Assembly (NCBI GenBank): GCA_002633005.1
Contig: NMRA01000010.1
Span: 799,252 to 863,251, forward strand
Reading direction: 5' to 3'
Length of the DNA: 64,000 nucleotides
From: Phoronis australis
Lineage: Eukaryota > Animalia > Phoronida
Below, piece after piece: positions 1-12,983 of this stretch. Position numbers and translations under genes: made by a program. The notes beneath the pieces were generated by a model that saw only the letters and a program-made list of their open reading frames with translations, had not been told where the DNA came from and searched no databases. The first letter of the stretch is position 1. Every line of letters starts with the position of its first letter.

Positions 1-239
1 TAATCTGGTGAAATAGTAGATCTCATCACAAGCAAACCGTGAGATTGATGCATATTCACCACCAAAATCAATAACGTAATGACGCAAATATCAAAAAATG
101 TAATATATTGTTTATAAGCTAATGCAGGTACATGAATGTACTCTACTGCGGTAATTTGTCCTTGAAGTGAGATATCTAAAGTGCGATGTCACACGAGCAG
201 CTACAGAGAATGAAAACGATTCCACGAGCGCGCCTCTAA

Positions 240-1132
240 CACGGCGTTCCATCGAAATTGGAAGCCCGGTGTAAAACAGATATCCCGGAGTCGAAAACTG
301 ACTCCCGCACCTTCAAAACAGCTAACCAGACCGAAAAACAAGAACCACGACCTTTAAAACAGGAACTCCGTGGATCTGACAGCACATCCGGGGACCGAAA
401 CACCGCTCCCGCACTTTCTGTCCAATTGAATGCGTTGAGTTCAGAAATCCGACTCCAAACCCCGTTTTAATGATCAATTAGGAGTCGAAGTATATTTTTT
501 TTGAGGGCAAGAACGGTGAAATTGGTGTCGTTGCAGGACTTTTGAGTGAATAAATCTCTCGGTCTATTTCAAAATCCGGAAATTGTGCCGGAAAGTCTCA
601 ACAAGTAAGTCGACGAACCCTAAAATGCGACCAATGGTAAAGATATTTAAAGGAATTAATCAACAATGGCAAAGTCGAAATAATATTTTTGTTTTTCATT
701 TTTGAAAATATTGTTGAAGAAACTATTGAATAATCTGAAATTAACTAAATATTCACCTAGATAACAACGTGTTGAGGATGTAGATTATGTTGAAATTCGC
801 CCACAGACAAGTTGCACGAGTTTTATCAATAAAAATCAAATGAAGTCAATATAATATACGTTTCGTTTTATTATTGACAGATTTTAACAAACAAATACTG
901 AAAACAACTGGAAAGTACTTGGAGATGCTTTAACTCAAAGTTTCAGGCTACTGACATCGTCTCAGAAAATTTGAAAAATTATCCAGGTTTCCAATCCGAT
1001 TCCTGGAATCCTTTTTAAAGATCGGGGTTCGTGTCTTTCGGGCTGGTTATCCGTCTTCAAGGTGCAGGACTCTGTTTGCGACTCCGAGATATCTGTTTTA
1101 CACCGGGATTCCAATTTAAATGAAACACCCTG
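240..1132. mobile_element. Degenerate Tc1/mariner-type non-autonomous element with ~125-bp terminal inverted repeats
   Basis: 240-365 is the diverged reverse complement of ~1008-1132 (aaattggaagcccggtgtaaaacagatatcccggagtc vs aaattggaatcccggtgtaaaacagatatctcggagtc). The right end reads CAGGGTGTTTCA on the minus strand, a mariner-like terminus. The TA target duplications are decayed and there is no transposase ORF. Confidence 0.7.
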
Positions 1133-1756
1133 TCTATGTTCCAGCGTCATTTCTATAAATCCCATTCCGGGGCTTGCAAAGAGTACACTCCCTCCCGCGC
1201 GACTAAACTCCACAAACGCACCGAAAAATCCATATCCGGTGATCAAGGAGCTACCAAAATCGAACCATGTGTCATGGGCAGGACTTAGGACCCGAGGTAA
1301 GGAGTTTGGTCACGTGTCCCGGAGTATGGAGTCTGATCCCAGGTAAAGGGAGAGTTTCGATGGAAGTGTGGAGTTGAGGGGCACGGCCATGAAATTCTTA
1401 CCACACCCTGATCTCCATGAATAAAACGTTGTAGAACATTTGAGTGGGCGTCAGTTGAAACTAATAAAATCCAGTAGGACCACAATGACTACTTCCATTG
1501 AACCTTGTTTTAGTATAATCTGCGAAGAACTACGTTGAAAATCCTGTTCAATAAATTACAATTCTTTGGCATTGTTTTCACTTTTTCCAGGTGTCAATAA
1601 AAACTGTTTTGAATGGTTGCCAAGAGACAATTTTACAAACATGATACATTCTTAGAACGACAATCTACAGTTCTAAGAATTTTATTTCAATGACTGAGTA
1701 CAAGGAGGGTCTCCTAACACATCACTAATCACCCGCTTTAGTAAAAGAACTATATA

Positions 1757-1911
1757 CATAGGCGGATCCAAGGGGCTCAAGGGGGCCCGGACCCCCTTTT
1801 TCTCTTGATTTTAGTGATATCAAATCTAGAATTTTCAATTTTTTCACTTGGACCCCCTTTTTAAAAATCCTTGGTCCGACCCTCTTTTAAAAATCCTGAA
1901 TCCGCCCCCTG
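1757..1911. mobile_element. Small MITE (GGCGGATCC...GAATCCGCC family); second copy at 2713-2841
   Basis: Inverted termini cataggcggatcca / tgaatccgccccctg; ATATA on both sides (1752-1756, 1912-1916); internal G/C runs. Confidence 0.65.
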
Positions 1912-1997
1912 ATATAGCCTCTTCTGGTCCGTAGCAAACACACTTTCTCTGCAGCATCTGGATTCTTTTGAAGCCAGGATCAAAAGTTTTGTTTCAN

Positions 1998-2341
1998 AAG
2001 AGTTGAGGGGCACGGCCATGAAGAGTTGAGGGGCACGGCCATGAAGAGTTGAGGGGCACGGCCATGAAGAGTTGAGGGGCACGGCCATGAAGAGTTGAGG
2101 GGCACGGCCATGAAGAGTTGAGGGGCACGGCCATGAAGAGTTGAGGGGCACGGCCATGAAGAGTTGAGGGGCACGGCCATGAAGAGTTGAGGGGCACGGC
2201 CATGAAGAGTTGAGGGGCACGGCCATGAAGAGTTGAGGGGCACGGCCATGAAGAGTTGAGGGGCACGGCCATGAAGAGTTGAGGGGCACGGCCATGAAGA
2301 GTTGAGGGGCACGGCCATGAAGAGTTGAGGGGCACGGCCAT
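1998..2341 (+). repeat. Perfect 23-bp minisatellite (GAAGAGTTGAGGGGCACGGCCAT) x15
   Basis: Exact 23-nt period from the N at 1997 to 2341; no spacers. Confidence 0.95.
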
Positions 2342-4067
2342 GAAATTCTTTCCACACCCTGATCTCCATGAATAAAACGTTGTAGAACATTTGAGTGAGC
2401 GTCAGTTGAAACTAATAAAATCCAGTAGGACCACAATGACTACTTCCATTGAACCTTGTTTTAGTATAATCTGCGAAGAACTACGTTGAAAATCCTGTTC
2501 AATAAATTATAATTCTTTGGCATTGTTTTCACTTTTTCCAGGTGTCAATAAAAACTGTTTTGAATGGTTGCCAAGAGACAATTTTACAAACATGATACAT
2601 TCTTAGAACGACAATCTGCAGTTCTAAGAATTTTATTTCAATGACTGAGTACGAGGAGGATCTCCTAACACATCACTAATCACCCGCTTTAGTAAACTAC
2701 AAGAACTATATACATAGGCGGATCCAGGGGGCTCAAGGGGGTCCGGACCCCCTTTTTCTCTTGATTTTAGTGATATCAAATCTAGAATTTTCAATTTTTT
2801 CACTTGGACCCCCTTTTTAAAAATCCTGAATCCGCCCCCTGATATAGCCTCTTCTGGTCCGTAGCAAACACACTTTCTCTGCAGCAACTGGATTCTTTTG
2901 AAGCCAGGATCAAAAGTTTTGTTTCACGTTACTAATGCATCTGAAACACGAAATTAATAACTTGAGGGGTATAAAACTGGCGTCGGCCTTGGAGCGAAAC
3001 TTGGAGGAGAAAAAAACGTGCGTTGACATGGAGATACGCTCATATTTGTTTCCTCCTACTAAAGCAAACCGTCCTACGCCAATGATGAACTCCAGTAGAA
3101 ATTCAAACTTCAACAGATTTGTAGACATGGCAAATCCTCACGGTTGAACCTACGGCTGTTCACACAAGCATACTAATCTTTTGTTTCGGTGTATTACATA
3201 TTTAAATTTCAGTTTGAATGATCCTCAATTGTATTTTAAGATAAAAATTCAGTAGTAATGGTACTGTACGAACTGTATATAATCTGTACAATCACTATAA
3301 TTTGGCAGTAATCTTTCTCGTATACATATTTCATTGAAGACACGACTTTGATCTGTTTTTACTAGTTTAATTTCAGTTCTTTCCAACTCTCTAATCTGTA
3401 CAATGAAAACGGTCGGGAGCGGAGTGACCGATTTCATTCCCAAGCCTTCAACTCACAGTTGACTGGCTGAAACACTAAAACAACCTTTACAGTAATAAAA
3501 TCAAAAATAAAGTGACCAAATTTTTTGAAAAACTATCACGAAACTTTTCATAAAGACCACTTACCGTTACAAATTTGGTCTCAATTTGTGATCTCTGGGC
3601 TTGTAAAAAACACGTTCACTAAGTTGGCTTTTTACGGCCAGTCTTTCCAAACCCAGAAAGCACATATCACCCGAGACCAGTTTTATAGAGGTACGGTAGT
3701 GCTTTCTTTAACAAATGACGGGTTTCATCAATTGAATAGACTGCAAATACCTGTATCCGAGGTAAAATCGAATTCATCTTCAATATTAGACACTTAAATG
3801 TATATGAATGTTGTTTCTGTAACAGGGTGGGAACATAGTAGCCAGTCTGTGAATAGACAGCTTTTTCTCTTTAAAACCGCTATAATACATACTCTTGTGT
3901 AAAAAACAACATGCTCACGAGTGTGTCCCTCCAAAGCAAACCCGTCTCATTCTTAACCTTTGCTTGAATTGAAACTGGTTGCAGTAAAACGCCTAAATTT
4001 CCCTCGACGGCTCAAATAGTGCTTCGGCGACTGCGGCTAACGTGTGGTAACAAGCAACGTATACGAT

Positions 4068-4374
4068 CCCCGAGGGTCACTCACACTGACAAGGTGCCCG
4101 CAGGCGGGTACCAAAAATTGTGTGTACTTTTTCAATACGTTTTGCGGGGCCCGCGCAGGGTCCAATAGGCCTCTAAATTTCCATTTCGTCCCCGCAAAAG
4201 GCCCACTGCATTGGCCTCAGACCCCCAAAATGCGCGCTGGCCTTCTTCCTACAGGAAAATCTACAACGCAAAAGAGGGTGGGAATTAGCAGACCTGGCAC
4301 CCTCAACAGGGGGTCTCTCAGCAATTTTTGTTACTCTCCTGCGAGCACCTTGTCAATATGAGTGACCCCCCGGG
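4068..4374. mobile_element. MITE with ~37-bp TIRs starting CCC(G/C)G
   Basis: ccccgagggtcactcacactgacaaggtgcccgcagg vs revcomp of right end cccggggggtcactcatattgacaaggtgctcgcagg; ATACGA at 4061-4066 and 4375-4380. Confidence 0.8.
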
Positions 4375-4766
4375 ATACGAGCTTGCTTTGGAAGACAACG
4401 AACCGTCAGTTCTCAATTCCGTGAACTATTTCTAACCTGTGGTACGGAACAAAATGAGACCGATTTTATGGCAATACGTAATCTAAAGCAGCAGCAGAAC
4501 GCGCAGTTAATCAGTGACATTGTTAGAGAGCCAATCAGTATTAACACTAAATAGGAAATTCTATTGTTGTTAGGTGGAAATATATTGCCTTTCACACTAA
4601 CGTCGACGTGGTGATACAAGACATCGTATTAAATGCCAAGGCAAACACAATTTCTTTTGTCTTAACCACGCTTTTGCGCTGTGTCTTTCCGGTAACAAGT
4701 TGCGTCATTTCTTGACGTCATTTGAATAAATTGTTATGAATATTGGTGAACTTCGTAAAGCCCCAA

Positions 4767-5336
4767 GAGCCAGTTTCATCAGTTTTTGTCTTAACTTAGA
4801 CCAAAGCAGGCTAACTTAAAACCAAAATGTCTTAGTCAGGTTTCATGAAATTCTTAAGTCCAAACTTAAGACCGAAATCGCTCTAAGCAAACACAGAAAG
4901 TTAACCTACTACGGAGTAGACTTAGAGCTTGATTTGTGGTCTAATTGACCAAAACTTACGAATAACATCACTGTAAACTGCCTTGCCAGGGTCTTCGCAC
5001 GTAAATGGGATCCCAATTGTATCCAAAATATTGTAAATAAATCCCCATTCAAGGCCAAAATGATTCTTGAAGCTGCATTTCACACACCTGCTCGATTAGT
5101 TTTTTGAATTTGCAACAGATGGCGAAAGCGTAGTTTATGTGCTCATCTACTGTCAAATCTCGGCTGCTCAAGTTAAGACAAACGACCAAAAACGGACTTT
5201 GCATATATGAAACGGTCTTTCCTGAATTTTCATCTCCGGTATTAACTTAGCCCGTCTTTGGTATTAAATTACTTTAGATAAATTTTTGTTTGGTCTTCAA
5301 TTGTAAGTCTTAAGTTACCGTTCACGAAACATGCCC
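4767..5336. mobile_element. Decayed PIF/Harbinger-like MITE
   Basis: Termini gagccagtttcat / ttcacgaaacatgccc; internal cttaag/taactta/agacc subrepeats in inverted arrangement. Confidence 0.45.
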
Positions 5337-7666
5337 AACGCAGCGCCATTAGTTTGGTTCATGTCAAATTCAACGCCACTTATCACTTGTTACACATCTT
5401 TACGTGCATATGTTTTTTTCTTTTATTTTCACAAAAATCTGCGATGCAAATGATCGCCGACCTCCGTCTTGAAACACGTGAGCTTCAGGTACCACGTTAC
5501 TTCCAAGTTCACGTTGCCTTGCGCAAGTGTGTCTGATTTTAGAGTTCAGAAAAGTGGAAAACTCTGGTACTAGTTAACCTGAAAATTGCATAGATTAACA
5601 TTAATAATTGCCGGGGCCCAAGGCCGAATCTCATGTACAAATTTGTTTCACATAGCGTGTATTCGAAATATTTTGATTTCGAGACTCAGCGAGGAAGTCC
5701 GTTACATAATTAGTCAAGCTTTAAGTAAAGACGTCACAAGGTCGCCAAAAATAATTATAGGTTAACGTTTAGACTCAGTCGAAAGTAAGCATGAACGTCA
5801 AAGTGGAAGACGAAGGAAGACCGAAAACCAAATCGGCTGTCCGTAGCAAGATTCCGTGATCAGCAAGCTTCACAGGCTCATCTCGTGCGGCAGTTCAGCA
5901 CTCGATTTCGTTTCCTGTGACAATTATATAGAAGTTACTTATCCAATATGCTTCGACTGTTCTCGTCCTCTTCTATCAAACACTCAGGGGACTAATTCTT
6001 TTGTTACTTTTTTACACTGGCTTTAATTAGCACCACCGACGGTATTCGGCCATTATGCACTGCAGGACAAATCAATGCCCTCGTTCATCCAAGGGGAAAC
6101 GTGTCTGTGCCTTCTGAGAGGGCAATATTTCGAGGTGAGGGGAAAATTCTTCCTCCCTATCACCATAAATAGCACCCCACTCTGTTGCAAGTTCTCATAT
6201 GCTCTGCCTCGAGTAGACAAAACTACAGTGAGTTACAAGTGTTTCGAACCTCCTGGGCAATTTTCGGTCACTTGAGGGGAATTTTTGGACATGATGTGGG
6301 AAATTTCGCCTGAGTTTTCAATATTTTTCAAACTGGAATGGGACCGATATTCGGCCCCAAATTAGAGGGATTGAGGGCCCTGAAACAGCGCCTCCTATTC
6401 TACCGCGGATAACTGAGAACTAACTGAAAGCCAACGTCGGGAATGGGTGGCATCTTATCAAATCAAAATGACACAGCGGATTTTGCTGTTATATAGCTTT
6501 GGTGAAAGCGAATAACTTCAAAAAGTATATCCGTCCCAACAATAACCATAAAAACGCGTTCTTCGGTTCTAAAACGACCATGTCTCTTTAAAAACTTTCC
6601 GGCTAATTCCAATCATGTGCCTGTGGGGTACACGGTGTTAACCATTAATTAGAAATGGCAAATCAAAACAGACTTTTCACGCTAACAAACGAGGTGTTTT
6701 TCTTCATTTGCCTGTGGTATTTGAAATGAACACGTCAGAAACCCATAGTATTACTTCAAACGTTGGTCAAATTGCATATCCAAGAGTAAACATGCTAGTT
6801 TTGCATGGAGTTCTATCTCTGTTATAGTGAATTCTGTTTTATCGTTCATTCTATTGCGCTGCAAACCAACCAAGCGACAGGAAAGTCGCAGTGAAACGTA
6901 TACAACTTCATTTGATTTTGTTCCATTCTTTATGACAATCTCAATGTTTTGGCGATTACGGATACGCTAAAAATGACTTGAATTAATATCTACTGTTTCT
7001 CGGTTGGATGAGATACGTGAATAATGATGGATCTCGGAATATGCGATTTTATCGTTCAAGCCGTGAATGGACCAGTTTTTTTTCCGAATACATTCTACGG
7101 TCGTTATTGTCAAAATCTTTGCAAGTTGAACTTAATGGGATTTTATGAGCTTGCAGCGCGGCGTTCTTTCCATTTGGAGAATTGAACGTTTAATGTGTCA
7201 ACACACGAAGTCTTCAAACAGCTGACGGAATGCAATACGTGAAAGTAGTGTATTTTCTGCAGCAAAATAAATAACATTATCAAATCAAATGTTTTGCCAC
7301 GTGAGACTAGTTGGGGTTTACAAAAAGCGTCATTAGTGAGGATCCGTTGGGGCACTTTCGAAAGCACTAAAATGGCGTAGGAAAACGCGTTCTTCTAGTT
7401 GTTTGGAAATTTTTATTCTTAATTGAAACAAGAAAACATGAAATTACCATAGCTGCATCAATGGGGAGATTACGTGAACCATTGAAATAACCGTTTCACG
7501 TACGCAAAATTGGACTAGGATGAAATTGCTTAGGGGAGCGTGCGCATATTGGAAACGAGTTACGATTTGGAGCGATTTTGAGTAGTGTCAACTACATGTC
7601 GTCGGAAGCTTGTAAGTCAATTTAATTAAGAAACCTTCTTTTGATGACGTAATTTAGAACTCAACC

Positions 7667-8024
7667 GTTAGCTAAATGGGCGAATGCGTAAACGCTACGC
7701 ACCTAAATTTCGTGTGTAAATTAATTCTTAGCCGCTTACAATAACCTTTTACGACGTAAATTAATTATTTACGGCGCAAACTAACTTTTAGCGGCCTAAA
7801 TTTACGCAAATGAATAATTAATTTACATTTTTTCGACCAATAATAAAAGCAAAAAATTTACGGCCTACAAAATTAGTGTACGTCGTAAAAATTAATTACT
7901 GCCGTTAATAATTAGTTACCGTCTTTAGTGATCAACCTACTCCGTAAGTAATTAATTTACCCCGTAAACAATAATTAATTTACTCTCGTAATTTACTTGG
8001 GTAACGTTCACCCATTTGGCCAAC
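7667..8024. mobile_element. Foldback MITE with AT-rich aattaatttac(g)...gtaaa subrepeats
   Basis: TIR gttagctaaatgggcgaa vs revcomp gttggccaaatgggtgaa; many internal inverted subrepeats. Confidence 0.65.
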
Positions 8025-8632
8025 AACAAAAACAAATTCCTGTTACCATGCACTGATTTGTATAGTAACTGGTAGTTAATACAAGTCTTTCAACCAATAC
8101 CATTACCATTCCCTTTGTTGTAATATAACTACGGCTGAGGTTCAGGCTATCCGAGTAACAAGGCGTGGATGAGCAGCAGCGAAGAGTTCATTGATCGTGT
8201 TTACGTGTGCCAGAGCCGTGCTTTTGGTATGCGTAGGTTGTGTTTTGTGAGTGCGGCACGGGTTTGTGACACAGTGAAGAGTTTACAAGTCCGTGAGCCC
8301 TGTTTATGAATGAGGAGCTGCGGTCATAACCGTGAAAGCACGATGTAGTTCGAGTACCCGGAAGACGAATGAAAAATCATGGACGTACCTGAATGCACCT
8401 CATTTGCCAGTAGATAGCCTATCATCGCAGCCAAAACACATTACATTACGCAAGTGGCGGTATTTAATAGTACCCATGTAATTGTATCTTACATGTGTAC
8501 TCTCGACATGTTAACACGACGTTAGTGCTCAAGCGTGGGATAACCAATGCTTGCGGAGCACACCTCTGATCGCTGTGGTAACATAGGTATTTTTCGCGTT
8601 ACGGTCAATAGTGCAAATCAGAGGTTTTATGA

Positions 8633-8692
8633 TAAATAGAGTATGTATAACGGTAAATAGGGTATGTATAATGGTTAATAGAGTATGTATAA
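8633..8692 (+). repeat. 21-bp tandem repeat x~3 (taaatagagtatgtataacgg)
   Basis: Visible direct periodicity. Confidence 0.8.
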
Positions 8693-10834
8693 ACAAGGCT
8701 ACTGAGGTAATTTATCCAATGTTAGACACGCGTTCTCTCCGACCACAGGGCTGACGTAAGTACATGTATTTTGAAAAGGATCCAGTTTGAGCAATAGACC
8801 TTCGCCACAGTCCACTTCCATCAAATAATCCAACCCAAAATCCTACAACTTGTTCACAATACCAGGTAAATCCTTCAACATGGTCTTATTTTATTGGAGA
8901 CGACGAGGAGAGAGTTCAAAGTTTGCGGCGAAAATCCTCTGCATACGATGAGTTTCAACAGTTCGAATACACAATCACAGTGTTGTGGTCCGGCTCCATT
9001 TAAAATTAGGTCGAATTTCCCAGTGTTAACAGTCCTTGATAAATTGAGGTTTCAACCGAACTAGCATTATAGCTCGCAAAATTTCGTGCGAAAGAATTTT
9101 CAAGAAAGTAACTGCTACTACTTTTAATTCTTTCATTTCATGTCTGTATTTTTATTTACAAAAAGTTGTACGACGTTTTCGACGAAATTTTGTCGGTTGC
9201 CTTTTTGTACTGACATATAACGCCGAAGTGTGGCGACTCACTCAAGCATTTTAAGTGGTGTTTGCTACATTTTTAGGCGTTCATTCTGCCATGGCACTAA
9301 GGTCAAAAAAGTGTCCAGACTATCCATTCAAGTTAAAATTTGGCTCCCTCATTCTGCTTCCAACTTTAGAGTCCTGTTACAAAGTTTGTGGAAATGCCGC
9401 GTGACAAAGATACTCAGCTCGTTGCCTTTTGAGATCGGAGTATACTCCGACTTAACTTTGAAAGGCCCAAGGCGCTCGCACCCCAGCAAAGTAAAACTGG
9501 CATACCAATTTTAGGGCCTAGGTAGGCGTTTTCCTTCAAAAGTCGTGATGGCTCCCCCTTACCTTACGGCAACCTATAAACGCCAGTGGTTACTGTGACA
9601 AGAACGCTGACAAGAATGTCTCAAAGGTGTTCAGGGTCTCTACCCTCTTCCTCCCTGCATGGTTGCTGTAGTCGCGATGTTTTTTCAGGAGCACAGCTTT
9701 GGCCATTTTCCTAAATTCGCGCCTGGTTTCCCTAAAATGCAATAGCATGCCAATGTCTGGCTTTTTCTTCCATCTCATTTGAGCTGTTACACTGTTATTT
9801 ACGTGTGATTAGGAATGGCTTTTGTTATTTTAGTCATCGATAGATAAACATCTACGTAAATGTTCGTCGGAAAGATACAGATTACAGATGAGTTGTTTAC
9901 AGTCTATAACTATTCCACCTGGTGTTTCAACCGCTTAATTAAAAGGTGTAAATAGCCCCTACGGGTCACCTTTTCAAGCAGATATTGGGGAATAGTTGTA
10001 ATTGGTAACGATACCTAGTCCAAAGAGCAATTATTTTTTTCTCTGCCTGCTATAATTGGGTTTGAGGCGTAAGTTATACGAGATCTCGTTCATTAGAAGG
10101 ATGATAAGAGGAATTTATCTGTTAAAGACGTGTCGGAGGACGCCCGGGAGCTTGTATCTTCACGTTGAAAATTGCAACCGCTTTGACGTTTCCGTAATAA
10201 TAGATGGTCTTTATCAGCGCAGGCTAGTGACGACATGTGATTTATCCACGGAAATAAGAAAATTGAAATCACTTGTTTTCACGGAGTGTTGCCAATGCCA
10301 GAAAAAAAAACGCGTAAATATTTGTGCGTAACCTCTGAGACGTCTAGTTGATGCTGTTCATGACTAGGAATCCGTCGACCTTCTGCTTGACCTCTGATGC
10401 CTTGGAGTAACTGATGACCAACCTTGAATGTTGTCAGTCCATACCAAAACTAGATTTTGGACAAATACGACATCACTGACATTTTTGTTGACTGTCACCG
10501 TCCGTATACAGCTTATGTTCTCATGAATTTTATAATCCATTATATCTTTTCGGCATTTAAGGCCATTGAGAGGAATTAGTTGTGGTTAATTTCGACGATT
10601 TACAAGTGTTTAGGCGTGTTTCTAATATTCTTGAAATTACTTGTTGATATAAACAAGATAATGAAAAATTTCTTAAGAGTTAAAGGAGACTCCGTTCCGT
10701 AGACCCAAAAACACCCGCGCAGCACGTGCGACGAGATATTTTCGCTTATGAAACGGAAAAAGTGAACTCTGTCTCACAATTCAACATCCCAACCTCACCG
10801 ACCAATCGCTTCAACGGCCGCCGTTTTGCTACGG

Positions 10835-10940
10835 TAAGCTAGTTAGAGGAGGTGCCCGCCTTCTTTACTGGAGCTCGTGGATTCGAGTCCCACTGGGCCA
10901 CATTGCAAGACCCTTGAGTCAGGTATTTAGCTCCTCAGCT
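10835..10940 (+). mobile_element. Degenerate tRNA-derived SINE fragment
   Basis: B-box-like ggattcgagtccc followed by cccttgagtcaggtattta, resembling the ccttgagcaaggcactta body motif common in invertebrate tRNA-SINEs. Confidence 0.45.
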
Positions 10941-12730
10941 CGGTTTTAACTATATATTAATAAAGCACAAAAATACTACAACGTGTACCAGACCGCCTGC
11001 AATTATTATTTTTATATAGTAAGGTATCCGATCATACTCGCGAAACACTCGCCTTTCACTCGCGTGATTTTGTGTGATCTTGCTTTTTAGCGATGTTCTT
11101 GGTTCTATGGTACCTTGCGTAGTGTTCGTAGAGAAACAAACCTACCTATTTCATCACCTAAACAGACACGACACTTGGGTTTCTGTGAATAAATGAGTGC
11201 ATTCTCCAAGATATTCGTTGAAAAAAAACGATAACCGGAAGCATGCCAAAACCAATAACTGAGAATTGAAACAAGAGTGGACAAAATAGAAAGTAATTTT
11301 TCATCTCTAAATGTTACCTTGTTGTTATTTCCTTGTCTTCGAAATGAAAGTATAATGTCGCGCCGATATTAGTGCAACATAAATATTTTCATTAAATGAT
11401 GTCTTTGGAATTACATAACCCATGTTATCTCTCACGAAGCATCTCTTAAGTAATAAGACTTACAGGATACATCTTGTCATTTTGCCAACGTTCACCATTT
11501 TATGTCAGTCAAAACGCGGCATACCTCAAGCGACGCACGATCATTACTTATGAGGAGATTTCTGCTCGTTACTTGAAAAACTTTATTCCTACATCCTGTG
11601 GCTGGTGTAACAAGCTGAAGTGAATTAAGAAATGAAATCGCGGCATATTTAACAAAATCTGCCCCAAGGAATGACTGATACTTGAATATACATGAGAATT
11701 TCAGTAATTTTTTTAGATATATCGACATTGTTATGTTTGCCCTATTCTTCACACCCGTTGGCACTTAAGGGCTCTCTATATGGGTATAACACGTGGGAGA
11801 GATTATTCAAAAATGCATTTTTCTTCAGGAAGCACCACCCACTGTGCAAACAGTTAGCTCAAACAAATTATAAGCCATCTAAAATAGCGTATTTTGCTTG
11901 CAGACATTTCACGTTCAATGAACAAGCTGGATTACCATTGTGAGACCGTTTTACGTCCACTTATTGTCGAGAACTGTGTATTGTTACTCTGCGCGTGTAA
12001 GCGCAGAGTACTGTTGTTCCTGGGTTTTCTTCAATTTTATTCTTATTTGTATTTATTAGGCCAGAGAAAAAGCTATAAAATGTCGATTAGTACGTTTTTC
12101 GCCCGCCTCTTCCGTCTCAAACGTGAGCATATTGAATCGAGAATGGTCAGCATTCATTTGCGTGGTGTGTCCTTGTATTTATAGGCTGGAAAAGTGCTGT
12201 GGAGGTGGATTTGTGTAATCACTCCAACATCAGTACTGTGTGCGTATAGACCAGTACAATGCTGGTACCATAGCAAAGACTAGATTGCTCCGGTCTATTC
12301 TGACACGTGATTGGTCACAGAAATGACGTTGAGTGCCTTAGCAACGAAGGGTAAAGATTGGTACGCTCATCCCAATAATTCTCTTTTACTTTACTTTCCT
12401 TGGAGATGTACGCGCGAGGTAACGGCAACATATTTATAATCTCACTAGCCACGTTCACTGCACTAGAGTTAGCTCATAACATGGACACAGAACGTCCATG
12501 ATTCGTATTAAATGGTCAGCTCCGATGCGAAACCTATCACGCAGTCAACTCACGCGACCTTCCAAATAAGGAAGTCAATACAGTCAGGCAATTTGACTGT
12601 ATTTCCGGCTTGCACGAAGCCCGCTGCGCGCTGGGGGCTCTGGTACGAGGCTCCGTGCTGTTTCCTTTTACGCTAAGAGGGTTGACCTGTTGTTTAGCGG
12701 CAACTGATATTCAAATATTCAAAGTTGTTG

Positions 12731-12983
12731 CATGCGCACCCAGCCTTCAATTTGGGGGGGGGCTCGAATTCTTGACGTCGTGGACCTTATCCTAACAAAA
12801 ACAGCGGGCGGAGTAAAAAAAAAGACGGGAGCACCACTGGGAAGTGCGCGTTCGCGCTTACTTAGTGGTCTTTTGTCCAGTTACCTCGGACATTTTGTCG
12901 CTCGGGGGCGGACCTTTTTTACCTACTTCGCCAAATGGGAGAGCTCGTTCGAGCCCCCCGAGCCCCCCCTGGGTGCGCGCATA
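12731..12983. mobile_element. MITE with CATGCGC(GC)ACCCAG termini; related left end at 45657 next to the gap
   Basis: catgcgcacccagcc ... ctgggtgcgcgcat; poly-G near the left end and poly-C near the right end; same start at 45657-45688. Confidence 0.7.

Larger units (their letters stand above)
1371..2926. repeat. Tandem near-identical duplication (1371-1996 vs 2322-2926) across a single-N junction; probably uncollapsed alleles
   Basis: Direct match with scattered SNPs and a ~28-bp indel near 1861-1890; single N at 1997. Confidence 0.8.

Noticed and set aside
258-1246. Two similar small proteins on opposite strands
   Set aside because: They are translations of the two arms of an inverted repeat.
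1998-2341. CRISPR array or repeat protein (ORFs 1861..2436, 1980..2390, 1994..2341)
   Set aside because: Units are contiguous with no spacers and there are no cas genes. The stop-free minus strand of a 23-mer gives the same peptide in all three frames.
12578-12603. Small hairpins (also 12246-12298 and 22932-22963) as terminators or miRNAs
   Set aside because: Too short for pre-miRNAs, intrinsic terminators do not apply in eukaryotes, and such hairpins are expected from decayed MITEs.
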